Positions 19,785 through 27,535 of a DNA stretch of 64,000 nt are shown here, piece by piece. The position numbers and the translations under genes were made by a program. Source of the stretch: a virus (Duplodnaviria > Heunggongvirae > Uroviricota > Caudoviricetes). The notes under the pieces were generated by a model, which saw only the letters and a program-made list of their open reading frames with translations, ran no database searches and was not told where the DNA came from. Every line of letters begins with the position of its first letter. The first letter of the stretch is position 1. The stretch lies in the IMG/VR virus record IMGVR_UViG_3300009154_000029; one strand, written 5' to 3'.

Positions 19785-20198
19785 ATGAGTATATCTTACC
19801 TAGAAAGATTAAGAGAATCGCACAAGAAGGAAGCCGCTTACTTGAGAGGCATATATGGATCCAGCGGTTTACTGAATGGCATTTCCAAGCTATCTGATTT
19901 CTTTTATGGATTGGATAAGGACGGAGGAATAGAATGCTACGAAGAGCATACAGGAAACGTGGAAAGACGATTTGAAATTCGAACAGAAAGTCTGTATCTA
20001 TCTGTCTTCTGTACACCCCAATCATATCCCACGTTTTCACTTCATAGTAGAATCTACGAAAAGACAATAAATAAATTCAAAAAAATTGGACATGAGCACA
20101 TCCTCGAAACCTCGGACGTTGACGCTCTTATCGCTTATATCTACTTTCTAATTGGCTCCGTCGATCCCGAGAGAGGCAAATGGATTAAGCTTAGATAG
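19785..20198 (+). CDS. Hypothetical protein with C-terminal DPxxGKW motif
   Basis: Ends SVDPERGKWIKLR; compare 22443. Confidence 0.8.
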   Translation: MSISYLERLRESHKKEAAYLRGIYGSSGLLNGISKLSDFFYGLDKDGGIECYEEHTGNVERRFEIRTESLYLSVFCTPQSYPTFSLHSRIYEKTINKFKKIGHEHILETSDVDALIAYIYFLIGSVDPERGKWIKLR

Positions 20199-20266
20199 TA
20201 TAGTAGTAACATACTGCGCACGCGAGCGAAACCGGGGGCTAATTGATAACACATTAAATCTATAAC

Positions 20267-20605
20267 ATGGAAAAGATCCCATTTGAAAAAGCTTTAGAGA
20301 TGACCCAGTACCCGGAATCGAGTGAATGGTATGATTTTGGAAAGGGATCGGATGTGGGAGCTGACCAAATAAATGAGTGGATAAGGGAGGGACTTGACCG
20401 GATTAGAATGGAATATTTAAAGGGTGATGAATCTCCTTCTACATACACTATGAGCGGTAATACGCTCGTTGCTATCTTTGGCTTTACAGATGATGACGGT
20501 TCACACAATGTGAGCATATTTGTCTCTAAATCACACAAGAAGATGGAAATAGACAACTTAGAAACCCTCGTGGACGTGGAGTTTGTGGAAATAGATAAAG
20601 GCTAA
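20267..20605 (+). CDS. Hypothetical acidic protein
   Basis: 112 aa ORF. Confidence 0.8.
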   Translation: MEKIPFEKALEMTQYPESSEWYDFGKGSDVGADQINEWIREGLDRIRMEYLKGDESPSTYTMSGNTLVAIFGFTDDDGSHNVSIFVSKSHKKMEIDNLETLVDVEFVEIDKG

Positions 20606-20709
20606 GAAAAAGATTCTGCTCTATCTCTATTCCGCCGCCGGCGGTTCCGATTCCCCTAAATCCAGATTCAATCTAAGGAATCCAAGAGAATCACAGGGAA
20701 TGTAAACTC

Positions 20710-20883
20710 CTACTTATTATTCTCCGTCGGTTCTACGGTATGACCAATCGCTTCGATTTCTTTCAGCTTCTTCTCATACATCATTTTATAATGCTCTTTT
20801 GTCCAACCATCGTTTCCGTCGTGGTTCATTTCAAACTTAAATTGAAGCAACAGCTTTTCGTGTGTTATTAAATTTTCTTCCAT
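20710..20883 (-). CDS. Small hypothetical protein (57 aa)
   Basis: Hand-translated MEENLITHEKLLLQFKF...; GATAAATA upstream on minus strand. Confidence 0.6.
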   Translation of the reverse strand: MEENLITHEKLLLQFKFEMNHDGNDGWTKEHYKMMYEKKLKEIEAIGHTVEPTENNK

Positions 20884-20987
20884 ATCTTATTTATCGTTAA
20901 GAATTTGAAAGATTCCCGAAAAAGCCTTAATAAGATTTTTTTATTTAACCCGGAAGCCCTACATTTGCCTTCTAAACCCAACCCACT

Positions 20988-21131
20988 ATGACCAACAGAC
21001 AGCTCACCATCTTTAGTCTTCTTATCTTTTACTTTATTGTCATCTGTTTCCTATTAACAAGTTGCTCGAGATCTATTACCCCGTTCGAGGCCGCCAACGG
21101 TAAGGCGAGGTGTGGCAGATCCCTCCGCTGA
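20988..21131 (+). CDS. Small lipoprotein (47 aa)
   Basis: Signal peptide with lipobox LTSC; behind promoter. Confidence 0.7.
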   Translation: MTNRQLTIFSLLIFYFIVICFLLTSCSRSITPFEAANGKARCGRSLR

Positions 21132-21222
21132 AGGGATAAGGTATTCTCTAACGAAACTTTTAGAGGGAAAATTTTTTTTCTATCAGGAAGGGCTGTATAT
21201 TTGCCTTCTAAACAACAACACC

Positions 21223-21501
21223 ATGAGAATTATCAAATTAACCTACCAGGCCCCAGAATCACAAAAAACCGCTTTCGCCAACGCTATCGACAAGGTGATC
21301 GCACAACTTCCCAAGAACTCGCCAGACACAGTGGTTGTGAGAAAATCAGACACTGTGGCGTGTTTCGACCTCCGCTATATTGCGCCCATGCTTTGGGAGC
21401 GCACGATCCAGAAACTTGGTCTCATCGACGCCAAGGAGATCGGGCAGACCACAACTTGGGAGGGTGAGGGGAAAAAAATAACAAACATGCGTGGGAGGTA
21501 A
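21223..21501 (+). CDS. Hypothetical protein
   Basis: Start reassigned behind promoter. Confidence 0.8.
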   Translation: MRIIKLTYQAPESQKTAFANAIDKVIAQLPKNSPDTVVVRKSDTVACFDLRYIAPMLWERTIQKLGLIDAKEIGQTTTWEGEGKKITNMRGR

Positions 21502-21750
21502 CCCCCGCGCTTTCAACAGCTTCTCGCTATATCCCATCCATTCAGCTCCAAAAAAGACCGACCCCTATTTCGATAGGGGTTTTTCTTGCTCCCATAAAAA
21601 GCGGAAAAAAGTGGTTGGAAAAAGTTTTGTAGTAACATCCTAATACCGTCGCCAACGGTTCCGCCGCCCTAAATCCAGAAAAGATTTCCGGCGTTTTCTG
21701 AATCGCACTTCAGGAACTTGATATATAGTGCTATACATAAGAATCACGAA

Positions 21751-22254
21751 ATGAAAAACCTAAAACTATTTGAACAATTCAGTGAGGAGCTATTTGAAGC
21801 CGACGCTATTCCACTGCTTAGTGTTCTTGCTACTCCAAAAAACATCAACTTCTTCTCTGATCCGAAAGATCCGAAATCAATTCTTTTAGCGCAAAGGGAT
21901 GCTAGAGGTGCGGTGATACCAGGCACAACTCACAAATACACAATCAAAGGGGATTATGGTCTGATGGGTTTTGATGTGGCGCTAAGAAATGTCAAAAGAA
22001 ATCGTGTTGGAGATTTGTTAGCAGAGGCAAAGCCAACGGGTTTACTTGCTGGAAAGCTGATGGGGTTTCTTCCTAATAAGACCAAAAAAGGAAACGATTT
22101 AAAGACCAAGGATGGTTGGCTATACATTCAAGTTCCTGTAGGCAAGCTAAACACGTCAATAGCTGACCTGGTTAAGAATCAAGGAAAGAAAGCCAAGATC
22201 GATGCAGGAAGCGGTGTTACAGTCACATTAAAGTATCAAGGTCCAGTTGCTTAG
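21751..22254 (+). CDS. N-tagged (MKNLKLFEQF) hypothetical protein
   Basis: GATATATA at 21720; shared N-terminal tag. Confidence 0.85.
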   Translation: MKNLKLFEQFSEELFEADAIPLLSVLATPKNINFFSDPKDPKSILLAQRDARGAVIPGTTHKYTIKGDYGLMGFDVALRNVKRNRVGDLLAEAKPTGLLAGKLMGFLPNKTKKGNDLKTKDGWLYIQVPVGKLNTSIADLVKNQGKKAKIDAGSGVTVTLKYQGPVA

Positions 22255-22442
22255 ATCCAGTTAAAATCATAACAGCCCACAGATTCTGTGGGTTTTTTGT
22301 GTGTAGTGGTTTATGGTATCCAGTGTCTAAACCGTGGGTCCTGACATAGTATGATGGTAACATAGTGCGCACGCGGGCGGGAACAGGGGGGTATCTGGAA
22401 TCTTTTTTATTCTTCGGGTATAATCTCTATATTTAACATGTC

Positions 22443-22859
22443 ATGAACGAATTCACGCTAACACAAATGTTTAAGGATAAGTCTTGGAAAGGTCGCTATA
22501 AAGGGGTTCAGCACATTGAGGCCTTAATAGATGAAATCTGTGAGACCCACGGTATAACCCCTGAGACGGAAAAACACAATATTGGCTCCTGGGCGCTCAC
22601 AGAGAAGAGAACCATGAAAACCATCGTTCCCGAGACAGCCGCACTAAAAGGACTTTGGCTCATGTTTACCTACAGTGTACCAATTGGCTCTAGTCCAGAA
22701 CCGATGACTCTGCATGCTTTATCGCCTATCTCCGGAAACGTTGAATTAAAAACTGAGGATCCTTCCGTTATCATCTCTGTGCTAGCCACTCTAATAAGCG
22801 CCCACGATCCCGACCATGGCAAATGGGTAAACTGGCACAACCCCTCGCCCGGAAAATAA
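22443..22859 (+). CDS. Hypothetical protein with C-terminal DPxxGKW motif
   Basis: Ends AHDPDHGKWVNW. Confidence 0.8.
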   Translation: MNEFTLTQMFKDKSWKGRYKGVQHIEALIDEICETHGITPETEKHNIGSWALTEKRTMKTIVPETAALKGLWLMFTYSVPIGSSPEPMTLHALSPISGNVELKTEDPSVIISVLATLISAHDPDHGKWVNWHNPSPGK

Positions 22860-22939
22860 ATCTCCGAAAAGATTTTTTACTTTGGGTTTTTTCCCTTACA
22901 TTTGTGAAACAAATGCACATAACCCCTAAATCATCTACT

Positions 22940-23206
22940 ATGAGACTAATCCTCTTTATGCTACTCGTCCTCGGTTTCACGGCTTGCACTGTGACCAACC
23001 ACCCACACAACCCAGAAGGACACGGCTTCCTGGTAAGGGCCGGAAAGATCACACCTACGAGAATAAAGGGTGTCTTTATTGTGCAAGGCATGGACGTGAA
23101 CGGCAGGATCCTCGGTCCTCGCTTCAGAGCTAGATTCAAGGTTACACCACATGTTGGGGATTGTGTAATGGTCTGCAGGGATCAAATTATGGAACCAAAA
23201 TTCTAA
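22940..23206 (+). CDS. Lipoprotein
   Basis: MRLILFMLLVLGFTAC lipobox. Confidence 0.65.
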   Translation: MRLILFMLLVLGFTACTVTNHPHNPEGHGFLVRAGKITPTRIKGVFIVQGMDVNGRILGPRFRARFKVTPHVGDCVMVCRDQIMEPKF

Positions 23207-23377
23207 ACCAAAAACTCACCTATATGCAAACCGTCGCCGGCCTAGCCATTCTCGTCCTTTATCTGATATGTGGGCTTAGTCTCATACATCTAGTCATTGA
23301 GGACCTGAAAAAATAACACCAAAAGAATTTTTTTATTTCACGGGAAGGCTGTATATTTGCCTTCTAAACCACTTATC

Positions 23378-23677
23378 ATGAAATCAACTCTCTTCATTCT
23401 CGCTACGTTCTTCTTCGGCCTTGCGGGCCTGCTTTTCACTGGGACCCTCCAGGAGCTTATCCACTTCGGCGGTTCGGCCAGCGAGATAGCTTGCTTCTCC
23501 CTGGCTTTTGTGGGTGGTGCTATCTGTCTGGTAGGGGCCTTCCAAAAGGAGATCATAACCCCTCGCACAGTGGCGAATCCCTCACCCTCGTTCCACGCCC
23601 AGGACATAGAGATTGAGGCTGATCGCTGGGAGGAGAGAGAAGCCATAGTCAGGGAGATGCTGGAGATGGAGAACTAG
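23378..23677 (+). CDS. Membrane protein (2 TM)
   Basis: Last gene behind an early promoter. Confidence 0.8.
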   Translation: MKSTLFILATFFFGLAGLLFTGTLQELIHFGGSASEIACFSLAFVGGAICLVGAFQKEIITPRTVANPSPSFHAQDIEIEADRWEEREAIVREMLEMEN

Positions 23678-23832
23678 GAGTTTAACACCTTTCTAACGGA
23701 GTCCCTTTGATAGGGGCTTTTTTTGTGGGGAGGAGTTGGGAAGGGAAAAAGATTTTGCTCTAGCTCTATACCGCCGCCAGCGGTTCCGCTTCCAAATCTA
23801 TTTCTTGGTTTTATTGGCTTTCCTGAGAAATA

Positions 23833-23988
23833 GGGGCCCTCCAAAAAGATGGAGGGGGGTTAAAACAGGGTCCCTGGTAGGGGGGTTAAAGGCCCCTCGT
23901 GTATAGGGGGCTTCTAGGGGAGGGATCCGCTTAGGGGACCCCTAAATGGGCATTTTGGGGGAGGGGCTTTAGGGGTAAATCTAAGGGG
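23833..23988 (+). other. G-run tract with G-quadruplex potential
   Basis: 13 runs of 3-6 G; TAGGGG recurs about 6 times; non-coding. Confidence 0.8.
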
Positions 23989-24026
23989 CCTCGCGTATGA
24001 GGAACTTTAACGTTTCACTAAACGCC

Positions 24027-24136
24027 AGGTCCGAGTTCTTATCAGTCTTTTAGGTCTTATCAGTCTTCTAGTTCTTATCAGTCTTTTAGGTCTTATCAGT
24101 AGGTCTTATCAATAGGTCCGAGTTCTTATCAGTCTT
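24027..24136 (+). repeat. Tandem iteron-like repeat TCTTATCAGT (6 copies, 18-bp period)
   Basis: Copies at 24037, 24055, 24073, 24091, 24104 (TCTTATCAAT), 24124; AGGTCCGAGTTCTTATCAGTCTT duplicated at 24027 and 24114. Confidence 0.92.
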
Positions 24137-24185
24137 CTATATCCCAATCTCGCCCTTCTTATAGGTAACCTATAATATATAGCAT

Positions 24186-24773
24186 ATGAGACCTTTTGTT
24201 CTGTTCCTCCTTCTTTCTGTCTGTGCCTTCTCTCAGGATCCCAAAATCGCCAAGTATAATCGGGAGATAGACTCCCTAAAGGGTGTGTATGGCATTCCAA
24301 CCACTATGGGCTACACCAAGACCGTTATTAGAGACGAGGATGGTATCAGGGAGACCATGGTCCTGTTCTATAGAAAGGGTGGTGAGACCGAGGAGGTGAT
24401 ACTATGGACCAAGCAACTCGGCAGCAAGGACTCCATTATTATTCTTGGCCAGCTCTCCTTCCCTGTCGTGGATCTACCCAAGGGCACTGTCATGCCCAAG
24501 CCCAAGTTGGACTGTGACTTCTATCATACCGGCAGTGCGATCTACTCTGACAACCGGCTCTTCGGTGTTCTCTTTGACTCCCGGTGTCGTAAACGCAAGT
24601 ACTTTCTGTTGAAGGAAGCCGTTCCCAATCAGAGCCTCTTAGGTGTCATAGACGAGCACGGCATCTATATAGGCCAGTACCTCATTCCCATTGAGTGGTG
24701 GAACTCTCATGTCCAGGGGGCCCTTTCAAAGGCGCAGATCCTGTGGATCCGGGATTATTTCAAGCTGGATTAG
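24186..24773 (+). CDS. Secreted hypothetical protein
   Basis: Signal peptide; AATATATA upstream. Confidence 0.8.
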   Translation: MRPFVLFLLLSVCAFSQDPKIAKYNREIDSLKGVYGIPTTMGYTKTVIRDEDGIRETMVLFYRKGGETEEVILWTKQLGSKDSIIILGQLSFPVVDLPKGTVMPKPKLDCDFYHTGSAIYSDNRLFGVLFDSRCRKRKYFLLKEAVPNQSLLGVIDEHGIYIGQYLIPIEWWNSHVQGALSKAQILWIRDYFKLD

Positions 24774-24806
24774 AATATATAAGGCAGATTAAAAAAAATT
24801 GAATTT

Positions 24807-25304
24807 ATGAAGCACATTCAAATCTACGAAAACTTTGATCTTGAGTTCAACTCAGAAGATTTCGTTTTCGAAGGAGACGTTACTAAAACACCAGACGCCC
24901 TATTTAATAAGGCTGTTGACTCCCTGCCTAAGGGAAAGGATCCATATAAAGTAACAAAAAACCTCTTTTCAAAGCGAAATTTTCAAACCTCGCAAAAACT
25001 CGCGAAGGCTGTAGGTAAGGGTCTACTATATGCAACCCCTGTAGTAGGTCAGGTTTATGCTCTTGGTCAGATATTGACCTCAGAGGTTGGTAAAAAATCA
25101 ATCAAGGCTATAATAGACGTAACCCCATTCGGTCTTCTTAAGAATATGGCTTTGGCTGCTGCTAATGGTGACGCCAAAACATTCGGTGAAGCATATGACA
25201 AAGCCTCAGTTTATAGGAAGAAGGATTTCGAAGAGCTTAAAGGCGCCATCTTTAATGACCTGAAAGGATTTGGATCTCTTTTGAAAAAAATGGGGGTTCG
25301 TTAA
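24807..25304 (+). CDS. N-tagged (MKHIQIYENF) protein
   Basis: Shared N-terminal tag. Confidence 0.85.
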   Translation: MKHIQIYENFDLEFNSEDFVFEGDVTKTPDALFNKAVDSLPKGKDPYKVTKNLFSKRNFQTSQKLAKAVGKGLLYATPVVGQVYALGQILTSEVGKKSIKAIIDVTPFGLLKNMALAAANGDAKTFGEAYDKASVYRKKDFEELKGAIFNDLKGFGSLLKKMGVR

Positions 25305-25305
25305 T

Positions 25306-25818
25306 TTGAAGCACCTTAAATACTATAACATTTTCGAGAGCGAGCCCTCTGACTACACCATTATTGGAGTTTATAGTTCACCTGGTAAAGAGGCTGCCTT
25401 AGCTAAGCTTAGAGAGGTTGGCATGCAGTGGCTAGCCGGTCAACTTTCATCAGAAGCAGCTTGGGATAGCTACTTCCGTGAGAATAGCAAATTTGTTATT
25501 CTGCAGGGTCCCTCAGGTGAATACCTCACCACCATCTTGCCCGGCAATTTTTCAAAGAATCTTCAAAATCTGGCGACTGCAAGATACTTCACGGTGGATG
25601 CAAATAATCGTAGAATCACAGATCCTGAAGAGCTTAAAAAAATCACACAAGCCCTATCAAATATCACCCCAGACGATGACATAGTTTCTTATCTTAAAGC
25701 AAATCCCATGGATCAGGACCTTATAGATGAGCATCCGAGAAGGGATGAGCTGATTCAGAAGACCGGAGCAAAAGACATTTCCACCCTAGCTCGTGCCATG
25801 AGAAAGGGCATGATCTAA
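25306..25818 (+). CDS. N-tagged protein with conserved C-terminal module
   Basis: TTG start MKHLKYYNIFE; ends YLKANP...KDISTLARAMRKGMI. Confidence 0.85.
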   Translation: MKHLKYYNIFESEPSDYTIIGVYSSPGKEAALAKLREVGMQWLAGQLSSEAAWDSYFRENSKFVILQGPSGEYLTTILPGNFSKNLQNLATARYFTVDANNRRITDPEELKKITQALSNITPDDDIVSYLKANPMDQDLIDEHPRRDELIQKTGAKDISTLARAMRKGMI

Positions 25819-25832
25819 GAATATATAAGAGC

Positions 25833-26216
25833 ATGAAACACCTCACATCATACCATTTATACGAGTCCGCACCATTGGGTGTGCAGGGCGCCAACTTCGT
25901 TATATCCCCTGCCTATAAAAAACTTGCCGATCTCTTAAAACCTAAAGGGTTTATCGAAGACATCTTCAATATCAAGAAGTCCATGTATTTTATTCTCAAG
26001 AAGGGCAATGATTACGATGGCATCATTCTGAACTACAGCGCCAAGGCCGGAGATTGGACTTGGGTGGTAACTCAAGGTGGTGTGGAGAAGCTTAGACAAG
26101 ATGAGGTGAAAGATTCGCCCGCCATCTATGATGAAATTCTAAAGGGCATTGCCCCTTATCTTAATATGGAGATTCGTGTTGATCCTGCTATTCTTAGAAA
26201 GCTAGGCATCAATTAA
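25833..26216 (+). CDS. N-tagged (MKHLTSYHLYE) protein
   Basis: AATATATA at 25820. Confidence 0.85.
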   Translation: MKHLTSYHLYESAPLGVQGANFVISPAYKKLADLLKPKGFIEDIFNIKKSMYFILKKGNDYDGIILNYSAKAGDWTWVVTQGGVEKLRQDEVKDSPAIYDEILKGIAPYLNMEIRVDPAILRKLGIN

Positions 26217-26742
26217 GTCTTCTGAGTGTTGCAAAGTGAGTGGGTGATTCGGCTATAACGTCCCTTGACTTCTTCCAGTCCTCTATATTGCCGAGACGCT
26301 TGTCTTGCACTCCCCACACATAGTCAAATCTGTGATCATTAAAGTACCAAGTTTTTAGCAGATTGCCATACCCTTGGGATCTCCACTCAGGCAGAAGGGA
26401 TAGCGCTATGCCTTGAAGGCCTTTATCCCCTAGTGGCTCGTTCAGGTAGATCTCTGTGGAGTCGGCCGGGAAATCCTTCAGCACACCCCTATGTATATCA
26501 TCGATAAACACATTAACGGATTTTTCGGCTAGCAGGTAGCAGCCCACTGTTTGGCCGTCTATAGAGAGCTTGAGTGATAAACCATTGAGCATCCTCGGTC
26601 TAAGCTTGGCGGCTATAGTATCCCTTGTGTCGATATGTCCAAATGAGGTGTAGAGCACCTCCACCACCTGTGGGATATCCTCCTCCTTGATAGTGGAAAT
26701 TGTGGGAATAGAGAATGTCTCATAGAGCATTAGATTGCGCAT
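26209..26742 (-). CDS. GNAT-like acetyltransferase with N-tag
   Basis: LLPEWRSQGYGNLL acetyl-CoA motif A; MRNLMLYETF. Confidence 0.75.
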   Translation of the reverse strand: MRNLMLYETFSIPTISTIKEEDIPQVVEVLYTSFGHIDTRDTIAAKLRPRMLNGLSLKLSIDGQTVGCYLLAEKSVNVFIDDIHRGVLKDFPADSTEIYLNEPLGDKGLQGIALSLLPEWRSQGYGNLLKTWYFNDHRFDYVWGVQDKRLGNIEDWKKSRDVIAESPTHFATLRRLN

Positions 26743-26799
26743 GGTTTATATATCATGTGTGCGGCAAAATCTTCTTGCCGGTGGTGAATATATAAGACA

Positions 26800-27525
26800 A
26801 TGAAGCACATACATAAATTTGTCAATTTAAACGAGGCTGGGAAATCTCCTGTTCCATCTGCTCCTTCTGCAGTGACTCCTATCGGATTTATCATCTACCT
26901 TAGAAACTGTTGGTACTATGGTGCCTTCCCCACCTTTCATGACTTTGCCTCTCTGGTGTATGAGGATTTCTCAGGCATGGATGTCGAGGGTGAATTCTTT
27001 GGTGAGATGGCATTGCTTAAGCAGAGTCTCTGGAAGACTTTGGATGATAGCGGTCAAGGTGGAGAGCTGGCTAGTGATGACGTTGATAGCTCGAGCCTCT
27101 GGTGGGGCATGACTCCCAAGTGTGCCCCCAACATTCTGCTTCAACACTACTTTCCAGGTAATCCCTACACAGCCTCCAAAGCGCTTGACCTAGCTTTTAG
27201 TGGCACTAAGACGATTATGGATAAGTGGACGAGCGGACGTGAGAGGGATCTCGGTTATATTGGGCTTTCCATTCAGAACGATCCCCTTCAATTCGACATG
27301 TATATTGAGAAGTACTCCAATAAAGATGATGACGATAAAGACTTCACCTTTTCAGATATCGTCAAGGTTACCCCCGTCTCGGCGATAGCATCATATATGA
27401 AAATGAATCCCATGAATCTGGATCTGCTGGATCCATTTCCAAAGATCAAGGGGGAAGTGATAAAAATCGCAGACATCAAAGACACATCAACTCTAGCTAG
27501 AGGTCTAAGAAGAGGCCTAATATAA
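26800..27525 (+). CDS. N-tagged protein with conserved C-terminal module
   Basis: MKHIHKFVNLNEA; ends YMKMNP...KDTSTLARGLRRGLI. Confidence 0.85.
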   Translation: MKHIHKFVNLNEAGKSPVPSAPSAVTPIGFIIYLRNCWYYGAFPTFHDFASLVYEDFSGMDVEGEFFGEMALLKQSLWKTLDDSGQGGELASDDVDSSSLWWGMTPKCAPNILLQHYFPGNPYTASKALDLAFSGTKTIMDKWTSGRERDLGYIGLSIQNDPLQFDMYIEKYSNKDDDDKDFTFSDIVKVTPVSAIASYMKMNPMNLDLLDPFPKIKGEVIKIADIKDTSTLARGLRRGLI

Positions 27526-27535
27526 AAACAAAACA

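Larger units (their letters stand above)
9258..22380 (+). repeat. Dispersed repeat B: ATAGTAT-N5-TAA(G/C)-RTA(G/C)T followed by a GC box (6 copies)
   Basis: Starts at 9258, 10612, 15882, 18034, 20195, 22346; 15882 and 18034 share 34 identical nt; 9252 and 22340 share 21 identical nt. Confidence 0.9.
7..23377 (+). promoter_or_regulatory. Array of about 35 early promoters: TTTTTTTATC-N13-15-TAnnTTT(G/T)-N2-4-TTCTAAA-(A/C-rich leader)-ATG
   Basis: Copies immediately precede ATGs at 34, 464, 4210, 5219, 6716, 7010, 8104, 9352, 9628, 10717, 11260, 11650, 12436, 12930, 13360, 14199, 14562, 14916, 15227, 15725, 16135, 16602, 17101, 17402, 18136, 18325, 18724, 19035, 19785, 20988, 21223, 22443, 23378. 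TAnnTTTG is the Bacteroidota sigma-A -7 box. Confidence 0.9.
10497..23726 (+). terminator. Series of rho-independent terminators closing early transcription units
   Basis: Hairpin plus T-tract at about 10497, 11046, 12249, 13164, 14733, 17221, 17885, 19557, 21559, 22274, 23699. Confidence 0.8.
10565..23784. repeat. Dispersed repeat A: ACCGT-YGCCA-ACGGT palindrome, usually followed by TCCGC (11 copies)
   Basis: Cores at 10565(-), 11117, 12310, 13236, 14804, 17281, 17958(-), 19630, 20631 (degenerate), 21645, 23770; all intergenic. Confidence 0.92.

Noticed and set aside
8702-21101. GCCAACGGT matches at about 8703 and 21093 as extra repeat A copies
   Set aside because: Both are in-frame Ala-Asn-Gly codons inside genes and lack the left ACCGT arm.
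10565-23784. Repeat A or B as a CRISPR or integron attC array
   Set aside because: Copies are 0.5-2.5 kb apart with several genes between them. There are no GTTRRRY/RYYYAAC ends and no integrase in the window.
24037-24133. DnaA boxes in the iteron array
   Set aside because: TTATCAGT shares only TTATC with the consensus TTATCCACA.
24027-24136. CRISPR array
   Set aside because: Units are 18-bp tandem copies with near-identical 8-nt linkers, not unique 30-40 nt spacers; no cas genes in the window.
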